From positions 4,588,001 to 4,652,000 of the forward strand of contig CM120649.1 in assembly GCA_051362555.1 (NCBI GenBank): a stretch of DNA of 64,000 nt. Reading direction: 5' to 3'. Source of the stretch: Lingula anatina (lineage: Eukaryota; Animalia; Brachiopoda). The notes under the pieces are model-generated. The model searched no databases. It saw only the letters and a list, made by a program, of their open reading frames with translations, and had not been told where the DNA came from. Both the position numbers and the translations under genes were made by a program. Positions 41,101 to 54,118 of this stretch are shown piece by piece. How positions within the stretch are numbered: the first letter of the stretch is position 1; each line of letters starts with the position of its first letter.

Positions 41101-43211
41101 AAAATATTAATTAAATGAATGAAATATTTTAAACTTTACACTCTTTACTTTATATTATTTAAAGGGATAATAACTCTTCGTATGAGATCTATATTTCACA
41201 ATAAAAACATTGTGGATAACTCATAGAAATATAATATATTCTGTTTTACGACAAAAACAGCAGTTTTAGCTATTATTCTGATACACGTATCTGAGCTTGT
41301 CTTCAGATCACGTGACCTGCATTGATGGCTATACTCTGTTGTAATCTCTTAGATTTAAAAAAAAAAACTTTTTAGAAAAAAAAACAGGGACTAGCTTTGA
41401 AAGTAAAAATGGATTCATTAACCATTGGTAAGTATGGGAAAATTGTTGCTTACTCCAGGAACATTCATTTTTTGGTCAAAACAAAGAGTTATTATCCCTT
41501 TAATTATATTCCTCTCGGAGAGGGGGGGGGGTCGTCCGGGGGAAAATTGTCCTGGGGGGGGGGGTTGTCCTGGGGGAATGACTGAGAATCATTTAAAATA
41601 TGAATGTTTCTGTTAAGGTGAGGCCAGAGACATCATGGAGCAGATGTTGCTACTGAGAGAGGAGCTGACAGATGAAAGTGATGACAACATCAAGGAGTCG
41701 CTGACTGACACTCGCATCCTGCACACCTTATTGGATATATTTGTCGGTGGGTACAAAAAATTAACGCGACATGTATTTAGCTTCCGTACTCTATAACGGT
41801 AGATGCTTTGTCAATGAATACGTTGAAGTTTTATTTCATCATAGTACTCGATAACAAAACCATATGTGTCGTTTGTACAGCAAAGTCACAGTAGCTTTAA
41901 TGTTTCCTTCAAAAAGAAAAAAAACATTTAATTAGTTGCCAATTTACTTATAATTATAATAAATATATTTTATTCAGCTAATAGATATGTCAAATATTTA
42001 TCCAAAACTAGATTCCCTCCGAGCTCTTAAAAGTGATATTAAACTGAAATAATAATAGTTATAATAATAATAATGATAAATATCATCAATTTGGATCGGA
42101 AAAAAATATAACGATTAATTACACGGTGTATAATATGATAATTATAATTAATTTTTTGAGTTAAAACGAGAAATAGCTAAAGGGTAAAGTTATAGTCTTG
42201 TGACTTGGTAGAAATGGAAACAAACTAAAAGCGGGATGATGAAGGTCGCTCATCGCGCGTGCCCTGCTCCTCTCCAATATCTTTCAACAAAGATATTCCC
42301 AATATATGGTAATTCACGGCCAGTTATCTCATTGCGTGTGTTTACAATACTGTCCAGTTTCCCCCTGACTCCGTTGCACCACTACATCACGTTATTATAG
42401 CAAACATCCAAATATTCTCTATCGTGGCTGTAACACTGCATTTTAAACCCAAAATAAGTCTTAAATTCCTCAAAATAAATCATCCTTACAATCCGGATTA
42501 AAAGTAACATATACAGGTACATGTAAATATTCGTGACTGATTACTTGGCCTATGTTTGTTCAGTTTTGAGGTTTGTGTGCAAAATAATAACTACATATTC
42601 CTAAGATGTCATAGATTAGCCTTCTGTAGAATAAAACTTATATTTTGTAGCTGGAACAAATACCACATCAGATACGTTGAAATGGATGATTATGTATGTA
42701 GCAGATAATCCGAAGATTCAGGCAAAAGTACACAAGGAATTAGACGGCTTAGGTAAACATATTCCTCTCTCTTTTGTGATGATTTTGAAATATATCTTAC
42801 TTGATAAGCCACATAATTCAGTATTATAGAAATCGGCATATTAGTACACGTAGTTGAAATTTTAACAAATTCCAAGACGTTGGCCCCATTGTACAAGTAC
42901 TTTTGTTTTGGATACTTTGACCCTTTATGAAATATTAAACAAGATTTTAAGAATTTATTCCATTTTCTACACAGGTAAAGATTTCGACAATCTCCGTCAC
43001 TGCAAATCCAAGTTGCCTTACTTTGAGGCAGTTCAACGAGAGGTTATGCGCATGCGCCCTGCTGCCCCGGCAGGTCTTCGTCACCAGACCCTCTGTGACA
43101 CCAAACTAGGTCAGTTATCATGACTCTCATTTGTTTTTGGTTTGGTGCGCCTACAGGGGCATAATTTTTTACATGTGAACAGACGTTGTAACTTTGGGCA
43201 GCAGCAAATCT

Positions 43212-43259
<48 letters not shown>

Positions 43260-44319
43260 GCCCCAAATATGTATTCCATGCTTTTCGAATTGACAATTTT
43301 CACATTCCTAGTTTTGCTACTAACATCTCCAGTTAACACGACGATCAATTGCATAGCTAGCCGTTAGTAAAATTAAATATATGGGTACCCTTGTAGCAGT
43401 GGACATTTTGTACATAAATGCGGTAAGAGTGTTACTTTTGATCGGAGAGTATATGTATATGTAGAAAGAGATTTTAGTTGATCACGCGCGCACTATAAAA
43501 TAACCATTGATCAGCTCGTGTTATGCTGTCTAAAGTAAGTGAAAATTAGGTCAAATGTCAATAAGGTGGCCTGATAGTAGAATGTTGATGCCAAATCTTT
43601 ATACCCTTATGTTTTTCACGCAGGTGGCTACGATATCCCAAAGGGCACTCTTGTCTATGCAAATTTTTGGACAATCCACAATGACCCGAACATTTGGGAA
43701 TCGCCGGAGGTTTTCAAGCCAGAGAGGTTTTTAAACAAAGATGGCAGCTTGAAAGAGTTGGATAACAAGGTTTGGGTGCCGTTCAGCAGTGGCAAGAGGA
43801 AGTGCGTGGGAGAAGCACTTGCCAGGGCAAACATCATGATGATTTCGGTGAGTGCACGTGGGCACAATCTAAATCCATTCTGGGACATACACGGTACACA
43901 TTTTAGCACATTTGTTTGGTCTGCAGGACACAGAGTTTTTTTATTTATTTTTATTTATATATTTGTATTTACTTTTTTTATTAAACAGGACAAAGTAGGT
44001 ATAAATTAAACTAATGAGCACTTCATCAGCCTGATATATACTAAAATATTTAAATACAAAGCTTATTAAATTGGATTAACTGATTTTAACCCATGATTAC
44101 TTTAAACTTTCCACCTTTAAAAAGCTTGCAAAGCATATTCATATATAACTATACATCCCTAACAGAAAGCATTGATCTATTTATTTGCAGGCACTATTTT
44201 TCCGTCGGTTTAAGGTGAGCTTCCCATCAGGCCAAAAGCCAGACTTCGAGCCTTCAAAACTTTATGAAATAAGTTGCAGCCCCAACCCTCAGAAGATTAT
44301 TGTCCAGAAAAGAAACTGA
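35184..44319 (+). CDS. Cytochrome P450, clan 2 (CYP17A1-like), 506 aa
   Basis: 11 exons: 35184-35337, 35589-35669, 35993-36097, 36409-36502, 36945-37100, 40418-40629, 41618-41746, 42651-42752, 42975-43109, 43624-43847, 44191-44319, all in frame. TM anchor, PPGP, FAGR, DIAFANYGPVWKLQR (WxxxR), I-helix AGTNTT, EVMR, PERF and heme motif FSSGKRKCVG. Confidence 0.95.
36707..36912. mobile_element. Harbinger-like MITE (same family as 48512-48736, opposite orientation)
   Basis: GGGCATTCCCA...GGAAATGGGGTC. Body sequence is shared with the 48512 copy. Confidence 0.75.
37538..40048 (+). mobile_element. Young 5'-truncated LINE (RTE-X-like) in CYP intron 5, with uninterrupted RT ORF
   Basis: Frame is open from 37538 to 39859, with QNGFR, GVKQGCNLSP, LMYADD, YKYLG and a C-terminal CCHC. 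No endonuclease domain. (ATT)n/(ATGTAT)n tail. 20-bp TSD GTATATAACATATACATATA at 37518-37537 and 40049-40068. Confidence 0.95.
41163..41499. mobile_element. Kolobok-like MITE (TTAA TSD), copy 2
   Basis: TTAA|AGGGATAATAACTCTT...AAGAGTTATTATCCCT|TTAA. Confidence 0.85.
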
Positions 44320-45794
44320 TGTTTGATGCCACGACGGTTTACGCAGACAGTTTTCAATAAGTCTCTAACTGGGTTGTTATTTGGAACACATTGATTAGAT
44401 GGTTAACTGGCGTAGATAACAGTATTCTGAAAAGTTGCTGTAGTTTGGCTTAAAAATTGGCACTGGAACATATCCCCTATTATATCGCCTATATAATCAC
44501 AGCATTAAGTCCTACAATCAGTACAATCTTTTCGAAAGGCTCAGGCCTTCTATTTTATCGGTATGACAATTCCTTTGTTTGACGGAACATCGTAATTAGA
44601 GATCAAGGCTCACATATCTCCCAAACAGAATGATAATTACACTGACATTATGGCCAAGGCACGAGTATCAAATTATAAGAAAAAGATTTATCATTAAAAA
44701 ATGAGTGCTTTGTGTTGGAAATTAGCAAAACTAACTAGGAATGAAAAGTACTGGAAAAAGTGCCATTATATCAGGTTATTTCTTCTAGTCGTTTTGGAAT
44801 AAACGAGATTTCTTCCTCTAACACTATATCTCTGTATTCTTGTAAGCATCGAGGTTTTCAATACAAAAAGGGTCACACTTTTTTTTATCCAATCTTATGT
44901 ATAACACGGTCACCTGAGCCATTTTTGTTCCTTAGATAGGAGCTTCAAATATCTTTCTAATCGAGGCGAATCGATAAATAATTGTTGCTGTAAACCAAGA
45001 CTGATTGCGATAACTTAATACTGCGCATGCGACACAGGTAAGTTTACCTGCCCAGCGGCTCAGGTGTGCCGACAGGTGAGTCTTCATCAGCCTCGATGGC
45101 GCCTCTCCGGACGCATCGGTCTCCCTAATATCAGCCAATCGCGTCCCTCAAAACCTTCCAACATTCTTCCAAGATTTGCTCACTAGCCAATTACGAGGCG
45201 TGGAGCCTTCCAAGATTAATATCGTTGGAAAATTTCTCTCATTTGTTTGCATACCAACAAGAAGTACTTCCAATATTTCTTTTTTTTTTTCATTTAATTT
45301 TTTCTCGGGAAAATTTGTACATTTTCAAGTTTATTGTGATTAATAATGCAAAGTTTTATCGTTTTAAAACTTTTTTGTATAAGAAAAAGGTTATCATTAT
45401 TATCATTTTAGACTTCAAATTTGTGGAAAATTTAAAAAATATCATTAGACAATTTCTCTCATTTGTTTGCATACCAGCAAGAGGTACTTCCAATATTTCT
45501 TATTTTTTTCATTTAATTTTTTCATTCTGAAACAACTTCATTGGCAGCCCATAAATACACGGAATCTTTTTAAACGTTTGATATACGCACACGCTGCTTT
45601 TTACAACTTGGCCCAATAAGACCTTATATCAATTTACGACCCCCCCCCCCCTTCAGTTACGCTCTTCAGACCATTGACTTTTCATGATGATAATTCTTTT
45701 ACTGTCGCTGCACCCAAGGAATGGAATTAAGTGCCACTTTCACTGCGTATGAAAGACTCTCCAGCTACATGTACTTTACAAATGGCATTCAAGA

Positions 45795-45796
<2 letters not shown>

Positions 45797-45862
<66 letters not shown>
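45797..45862. repeat. (AT)n microsatellite
   Basis: Read directly from sequence. Confidence 0.95.
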
Positions 45863-45864
<2 letters not shown>

Positions 45865-47382
45865 CTTTTGAATTCATGTGATTAAGTAATATTTCAATTT
45901 CTACATTGCTTTAATTAAATATCCTGCTTTAGTTAATTTTTTAATAGCTTTTATATTACTTCTCCCACGTAATTTTCATTTTTATCTTAAAGGCTATTAA
46001 ACAAATGTGGGTTTTAGACTTAAAATAAGTATTATTATTATTATCTGTGCAGCAATTAACTCCTTAGGCTGAAAAATGTGGCAACGCCTCTTTACGCCCC
46101 CCCCTTTCCAAGCATGACCGTGTAAAACTCGATCATCACCTGTGACAAGTCACCTAATTGACTCGCTCTAGACGTGTGGTTTCATTTTCGGAAGTCGGAC
46201 AAGTGGATGGGCACAAACTGCGGTTGCCAATAGCTTTTATCTTGAGTAAATATCACATCTAATTTATCTATGTATGTCAAATGTTGTAACGATCGATAAG
46301 AACTGCGCAGCAAGCAGTAATATGGTGGAATGGAATCAACAGGCGTAACATTTTATCACGTTAGGAGATCACAGGTAAAGGTATTCCTTTGATATAAACA
46401 AATATTTTATTAATTTAACAAACAATGATATTTTTCCTACTATCGGTAGATTTCCGACTTTAAGGGAGCCAAATATATTTATTTTGAGTTCTATGCACAG
46501 CCCCAGCCCCGACCCTACGCTATATGTTCAGATTTTGTCACAAATGGCAGTCTCTGGTCTGCATCCCCGTTTACCACCAGACAGAAATCGCACTTTTGGG
46601 ACAATGCTGTTTACTAAGCTAAATCAATGAGCTCCCAACACTACTTCTATGTGATGTACTAGTAACTGTGCATTGCCAGCTGATTTTGATACATTTTATT
46701 GTGAATGCTCCTCATTAAATTGGAATTCACATGGCGAACTTGTACCTGTAACCCCCACTATATTTATGAGCATTTAAATGTGTCTGTCCTCCTTTAATTA
46801 TCCTATTATTCCTTCGAGGTCTGTCACACACCCCCCCCCCCCCCCCTCTTTCTCTCTCGTCACTTGATTTATTAAAGTTTATTTTCGGAATTTAAAAAAA
46901 ATGGCAATACAGTTTACTTTAATTTCGAGATTGAATCTTTGATTTTCGGCTTATCAGAGGTTTAGGTGTCTAATTCTCTCCTGTAACAGGCGTTACATAC
47001 TATTATTTTCTGAAGAATTTTTGAAGACTCCATGGACATTAATTGTGATACTTTTGGCACCAAAATTCTATGTTTGGTACCTCAAGAAATATTGCAGTGC
47101 TCTGTTTATTAAATAAATTAGTATCTGACATACTTTAACTGTTAACTTCTTACCTTTTGATTTTTCAGATAACAAGATAATTCAAAGACAAAACATCCGT
47201 CATTTGATGACAAAGTCACTTCCCTTATCATAGCACATAATCAGGGAAACGAAATTAAACATTGGCAAACAAATTCCATACGTTTTAAACACATGAATGT
47301 TATGGAGGAACTCTGATAAAAATCACACGTTTTGTCAGAGATATTGGTTCCGCTTGCGAACACATTGCTTAACAACAGTGAC

Positions 47383-50192
47383 ATGGCTTACAGACAAGCA
47401 GTAGCAGGTGAGGACATTCTTGATCTCTTATGTAGGATACAGTTGTCGCCGAAGTCAACGCTACCACACAATGTATTGGGGCTGACTGAGCTTGGCATGA
47501 GCTGCGCTGATATAGCCAGTCTACCAGAGTCCATAAGCATATGCAGAAATGTTAAGAGGATTTTTGCCAGAGGTAACAAGTTAACTTCTTTACCGCAGTC
47601 CATAGGCAACCTGCCACACCTCACACTGTTACACCTAGAGGAAAATAAGTTCACTGCATTCCCTACAGCACTCTATAGCCTTGATAACCTCGATACGCTT
47701 TACCTGTCTAACAACCAAATATCTGCCATATCGGTCGAGATCAAAGGGATGCATAAGCTTAGGGTATTCTGGCTCAGTCACAATGCTTTCACCACCTTCC
47801 CTGCAGCGGTGTGTGGCCTGACTAACCTAAAGGAGCTGCACCTAGAAGGCAACCAAGTAGCTGATGTACCAGGTGAGATACGTGAGATGAGGGGGCTAAC
47901 AAGGTTCTTCCTCAGTCACAATGCCTTCACAACGTTCCCAAAAAATCTATGTGGCTTGACGAACTTAAAGGAGCTCTACCTGGATGGCAACAGAATTTCT
48001 GAAATCCCAGCAGATATCAATAGGATGGCATTGCTTAAAATACTTAACCTTGCGTCCAACAACATCACCCACTTGCCACCTCAAATGAAAACTATGAAAA
48101 ATCTAACAGAACTTGGTGTGAGCCATAACCCACTGGTACAACCACCAGGGCACATTACAGCGGGAGGAGTTGATGCAATCAAAAGCTATTTGGAAGCATT
48201 GACTGACCGAGACATAACCGGATGCTTTAATACCAAAGGAGGTGATGTTTACCAAAGCGATCACTCCACCTACCTACCCGAACTTGGATTGGTTTTCATC
48301 ACTATAGTGGAGGGCAGAGGCAAGAAGGCTGACACTGATGTGAACAGGTCCATTCCTGAAAGTTTGACTAATGATCTTTTACAGTAAGTTATTTTTCTTT
48401 ATCCAGTTTTATCATTTCGCTGTATAATTGGTGTCACTGAAATGCACCAGCCACATTTCTCTGGTTATAGGGGTAGGCAAGCGAGATATGTTGTTTCCAA
48501 ATGTTTACTAAGACCCCATTCAAATAGGTTATAGATCGATCTATCCCTGTGGGGAGTCTCACTAGATTACTGTCAGCTTAGCCGGCTTAAGCGTCTGTCC
48601 CGCCTACTAAAAGCTGTAAGGGGGTAATTAACTATTGTGCGCGCTCGGCTGACTGCAATTTAGCGTGAACCCCTAGGGAGTTAGGTCGATCTAAATCTAA
48701 ATCTCTGGATCGATCTAAATCTCTGGGAATGCACCCTAAGACATCATTCACATGAAAAATCCAAATTCCAAAATTCTTAAAATCCATTGGCGGTATCTAA
48801 TGATCACGGCCTGTGCCCTGAATACCCCGCGGCGTTATTATCTAGCAGAGCGAGCGAGTTACCTCCAAAGCTGTAATTAAATCTCGGTTGCGCTCGAAGG
48901 AGATTCTGACACCTGGATGCATGCGCAGTAATACGTTAGAGGGAAAGAAAATGGCGTTTACAGATACTACTGCGCATGCTTCTAGGTGTCAGAATCTCCT
49001 CCGAGCGCAGCCGAGTGTTAATTACAGTTTTAAAAACGACTCGCTCGCGCTGCTAGTTAATTACTAAAGTTTCACATCTGTATCTGGTTCGTTGGGGACC
49101 CAGTAAATCACAGAACGATTCATCCCATAGCAAAGTCGAGGTTAACAATAAAAGTTTCCTCAACCAACAGAAAAAATGCAAGTTTCTTACACCGTTTTTG
49201 ACTGTTTCATCAGGGAATAAAAATTCAGGTATTATATGAGAAGTAGCCTTTCCTGAGATTTATTTACTTATTTCAGATTCGAATTTGTCGACATGTTTGG
49301 GTTTGGAAAGGACAGCTTTCAAATATATGTCTGCAGAAAGCACTTTAGAAATTACACCGATCTTGACGTGATAAACAAATTGAAGACCTTAGTGGAGGAA
49401 CATGGGGTGGATTGCAAAGTAGTAGCACACATATCTTCTGCTCCTCGACGGTTATCATATTTCTGTGGCAGGGAACCACCCGGGCCAGCGGTAACAATTG
49501 TAAAGGACACAGAAAATAATAGATATGGATCCCTTGGCAGTTACTGTCGCACAGATGAAGCGGATTCTAAAGTCTATGTCCTCACCAATGCCCATGTCGC
49601 CAGCGAAGGAGATATAAGGTTGATCCAGTCTGGTGGATCTCAAGTTCAGAGTGTTAAAGTATGCATGCATCAGCGGAAAGGTAAATGTAATTGGAGCATT
49701 TCTACAGGCACAACACCATCTTCTTTTGTTGACATCGCAGCCATAGAGGTTCCAAGCCTTGGTCTGTGCCCCGGGTTGGAGAGGGATCCTGTGGTTGGCA
49801 TCTTTAGTGGCGAGCTTGGAAGCGTTGTCGGGCAATCCGTTTATAAGCATGGCGCCAAAACAGGGCTTACGCATGGTGAACTTGTAGGGTTCGATTTTGT
49901 ATCGCGTGATGAAAATTCACGTGCCTTTAAAGGACTTCTCTACGTGAAAACCACGAAGGGTGATTTCTCCAGTCCTGGTGATAGTGGCTCACTCGTTCGC
50001 TTGACAAGGGACAAAAAACCTCTAGCTATGGTGTTTGGCGGTAACGTGGAAATGAGAGGCGATGGAAATGGAGATCGAAAATCTTTTACCGCGTGCTTTT
50101 TACTAAGCGATGGATTAAAGGAGTTGGAAAAAGTGTCAGGTAAAACATGGATAATGGAGGATGAAACGCGACTTCAGTGCTTGATGGAATAA
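47383..50192 (+). CDS. LRR / NAL1-like trypsin-fold serine protease fusion, copy A (638 aa)
   Basis: Exons 47383-48383 (CA|gtaagt) and 49277-50192 (tttcag|A) join in frame. About 10 23-aa LRRs ending NPLVQPP...GVDAIKSYL. Protease motifs GSLG, LTNAHV, FVDIAAI, KHGAKTGLTHG, PGDSGSLV, LAMVFGG. No signal peptide. A probable non-coding first exon ends at ~46374. Confidence 0.9.
48512..48736. mobile_element. Harbinger-like MITE, TAA TSD
   Basis: TAA|GACCCCATTC...GGGAATGCACCC|TAA. Absent from the paralogous intron of copy B. Confidence 0.85.
48842..49057. mobile_element. Foldback MITE with ~90 bp inverted arms
   Basis: CTAGCAGAGCGAGCGAGT...GCATGCGCAGTA pairs with TACTGCGCATGC...ACTCGCTCGCGCTGCTAG. 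Absent from copy B. Confidence 0.8.
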
Positions 50193-51346
50193 TTCCAAAT
50201 AGTGCTGATTGTCCCGTACAAAATGCGTATAGACAAACGGAATCCTAATTGTAAGGTAATTGTACTGCCTCGTTTATGTGGCAGTGTATGCAGACAAATG
50301 TTGTATACTGGTATTTGGGATTGAAATGAAAGTTTAATTTGCACAATTGTACCACTACTATAAGCGTGAATCCTTCTGACTGCCTGATTACCGCATTCCC
50401 ATCCTCATGTTGTTTTGATCCCCCTTTTGTATAAATTGCGTTTGTTATTAGCAAAACTGTAAGTATCATTATCAAGAACAAAGTCATATTGTGCTGCTGG
50501 TTGATAAGGATACAGCAGTGGGATTTTCTACTACTATGTGCAGCAGCAAAGCAGAGTGTATTTTATATATTTTAACACCTCTTTTAGAATGCTAGGCCTC
50601 TGGTTGGTCAGTTGCAATGCCCTTATCTGTATAGTATGCATATGTTTACGTATCACTCATTATTACCATCATACAATGGATGAACTTGTTTGTAGGCCTC
50701 TGATTGGACAGCTACCGTTCTTTGTTGAGTGACCTTTTTTCTGGGGTTTTGATTGTTCAATTTCAGATATTGTTTTTCAGATATAATATGTCACTTGCTA
50801 CTAATATGTCAACTGCCTTAAAATTCAACGCAATGCCGTCTGATATTAGAATACGTCTTCTTCCCACATTTCTATGAGCTTGCTACTTCACGCAAGACGT
50901 TACATGTCAAGCAGACAATTTGTTGGGTCCAGCCAGGCGCCTTGCTCCGTACATTCGTGCGCTGAAACTCAACATTTATATAGTGCAGCCCTTTACAGTG
51001 CCATTATAGTCACTGTATATGTGTCTCTATAAAAGTGATTTGGGAAACAGGCACACGCCACCCATTGGCGTTGAGTATAATACAGAAAAGGTGGTGATTA
51101 TACAAGTATACGTTGGGAAAAAGAGAAGGCATTTTAATATGTTAGTATGACCGCAATCAGCGAGCGTCTACGTAGACCAAAAGTCTCAACGGTAATGGAC
51201 CACAGGCTGTGATTGCTTGATGATGCATAATTTTAATTCACGTATTCGTTGTCATTTGAATGAAAAATGAGGATCCAAAACCTGGTCAAATTCTACATTG
51301 ATCTCGACAAGTGTGGCCCAACCCAACCCGTTCTGAACATAACACT

Positions 51347-51420
51347 ATCAAAACACATGTTTGAGGGTATATCTGCCAAAATTCTGTCTCCTCTGGCGTG
51401 TTGGTTCGCCCCAAAGATGC
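51347..51420 (-). pseudogene. Orphan, frameshifted remnant of the DUF924 last exon
   Basis: LGRTNTPEETEF followed by small deletions. Matches 57996-58070 and its 3' flank. Confidence 0.8.
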
Positions 51421-54118
51421 TATATATACAGGGTTGTCGTTTTAAAGATACATCATAATCACCATGTTTATGTTGTAATAGTAATACATAAATGTATGGA
51501 CCCTCCAGCACTTATATCCCAAAAGCATATATTGTAGCAGTGTCACAGCTTTGTGAATTTGGTTTTAAATTGCTTAAAATCTTGAATTATTTTCTTTCAG
51601 GATAATTTGTCACATGTCTACCGTTTTTAAAACACAAAAAAAGATTAATAATAATCACCGTGTTGATGTTGTATAATAAGTAAATAAGAAAAAACGAACC
51701 TAGACGGTATTAAGATCAACTATTTTGGTATAGAGTTTGTGTGCCTTTTTCAGTGACTAAAAATAAATAAGAAAAATAATACGTGACGTAGGCCTACATG
51801 TATGCGTAAGGCACGTATGTTAACAGTGCGTACTTAAGATTAACGACATCAACATTGTGTAACAATGATAGAGAATAATATTCGTTGGGAAAGCCCATTG
51901 AGCCCATTTTTAAAGTGTTTAGTATTTTTATGAACGTCTGTCCTTTTCTTGCCTTGCGTATCCACGAGCTAGCAGAGTGCATACATGTAGTGTAGGTGAC
52001 AGCTGTGTGTGCGTGTGCGTGTGCGTTTGTCTATGTGAGATGTATAAAAGCTAAATCTATTTATATAAGTTCCGGCAAAGTGGAATATAAAGGCTCTTAT
52101 TATAACTAAAGAATCTAGCTTTTGGTTTTTCTTTTCTCATTTTGTATTAAATTTACTTTTCATGTGTTGCATTTATTTATTTCTTTTTAATTTTAAAATT
52201 ATTATTTTAATGTTATTATTTATATATTATTTATATATTAACGAGTAAGGGAGAAAATTTATGCAAAAATGAGGGCTTAAACGATTATTGGTAAAACCGT
52301 TTTGAATGCGACCGCAGACGTACGTGAGCGAATTTTTTCAAATTACTTTTTTTTTCTGCGGCGCCCTACTTGCTTATTTATATAATAATGATAAACCCAT
52401 CCATATATTGTGACCACCTTTTACCTACTCAATAATTCAGGAAGAAATTATAACTCCTTAGTCACATAGAATACAGCTGAAGCAGCACCTTCGCCATGAT
52501 TTTGATTGACAGCCCCGACCCAAACAGTCTGTTAAGACACGCCCATCATATCACGCCCTAGATATCACATAAACTTTACTCTCAAATCTAGCTATAGGGG
52601 CTTTAGATGTCCTCTGTCGCACCTTGTAGAATTTATAATTCTCATTTTAACAACTTTTGAATTGTGTCATGCACCAGCTTGACGAAATTTCAGACTTTTT
52701 ATTCAAGGTGTACGGCAACTGCTTTCATTATTGCACGCCACCTGGTGTCGAGAGTTTGTAACAGCGGGGCGGGGCGGGGGGGGGGGGGGGGGAGGGGTCG
52801 ACACCGTGACTGCTTAGTATTTGATTTCTAAGGCTGAAAACTAGGGCAAAGTCTTTTTACATTCCTCCCTTTAAGCACAACCGTGTAAAACTCGATCAAA
52901 TATGATGCCAACATTGCACAAGTTGGCACACGTGCATTTCACCTAGGTAAATGCGTACAATAGCTATAATATATTGAGTAAACATCACGTCAGCTGTTTG
53001 CATGTCAAATAATGTAACGTTCGATAACAACTGCGTAGCAGGTAAAAACATGGTGGAGTAGAATCAACAGGCGTAACATTTCATAACGTAAGTAGGTCAC
53101 AGGCAAAGTATTCCGTCGATATTGTTTTAAAAGGCAGATATTGTTCATTTAACAATCAATGAGATATTTCCGACCATAGGTGGATTTGTGAGTTTCTGGG
53201 GAGCCCAAAAAATATCATTTTTGAGATTGATGCAGAGCCCCTCCCCCTTCGGTCCCTACGCTGAATTTTCAGACTGTTTTTTTTTTTTAACAAAATGGCG
53301 GTCTCAGCCCTGTTTAACACCGGACAGAAATCGAATTTTTAGGACAATGCTAAATCAATGATCTTTCGATCCTACGTCTCTGTAATGTAGTAGTAACTGT
53401 GCAGTGCAAGCTGATTTCGATACATTTTATTGTGGAAAAGACATGGCTAACACGTACCTGTAACACCCACCATATTTATGTCTATTGAAATGTGCCTGTT
53501 CTCCTTTTATTCTCCTGTTATTTTACGAGGGTCGTCACCCCCCTCTCTCTGTCTCTCTCCCGATCCTTGATTTGTTGAATAGACTGAATGTGCTTTTCTG
53601 AATTTTCTAAAAATAGTATAACAGTTTATTTTAATTTCGAGATCTAATATTCGACTTTTGGCGTATCACTGGTTCTAGTGTTTAATTCTCTCTTGTAACA
53701 GTCGTTACATACTATGAATATCCGTAGAATGTTTGAAGATTCCATGAACATGAATTGTGATACTTTTTCCACCAAAAGCCTATGTTTGATACCTCAAGAA
53801 ATATTGCAGTTTTCTCTTTATTAAATAAAATAGTATCTAACATACTTTTCTCTATCAACGTATTGCATTTTTATTTCAGATAATGAGATAATTCCAAGAA
53901 AAACATCCGTCATTTGATGACAAAGAGACTTCCCTTATGATAGCACATAATCAGGGAAACGTAATTAAATATTGGCCAAAAACAAATTCCGTACATTTTA
54001 AACACATGAATGTTATGGGGGAACTCTGATAAAAAAATCACACATTTTGTCAAAGACACTGATTCCACTTACGAACTCATTGCTTTAGAACAGTGACGGT
54101 TCTCCCTATAGCTGAGAC

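Noticed and set aside
48120-49470. ROC-COR GTPase or NACHT domain after the LRRs
   Set aside because: No P-loop (GxxxxGK[ST]) in either copy. The LRR cap leads into the pro-domain and protease.
50200-54100. Adjacent gasdermin-like or other effector substrate gene
   Set aside because: Only 3' UTR, the DUF924 remnant and AT-rich sequence are visible. No substrate gene can be supported within this window.
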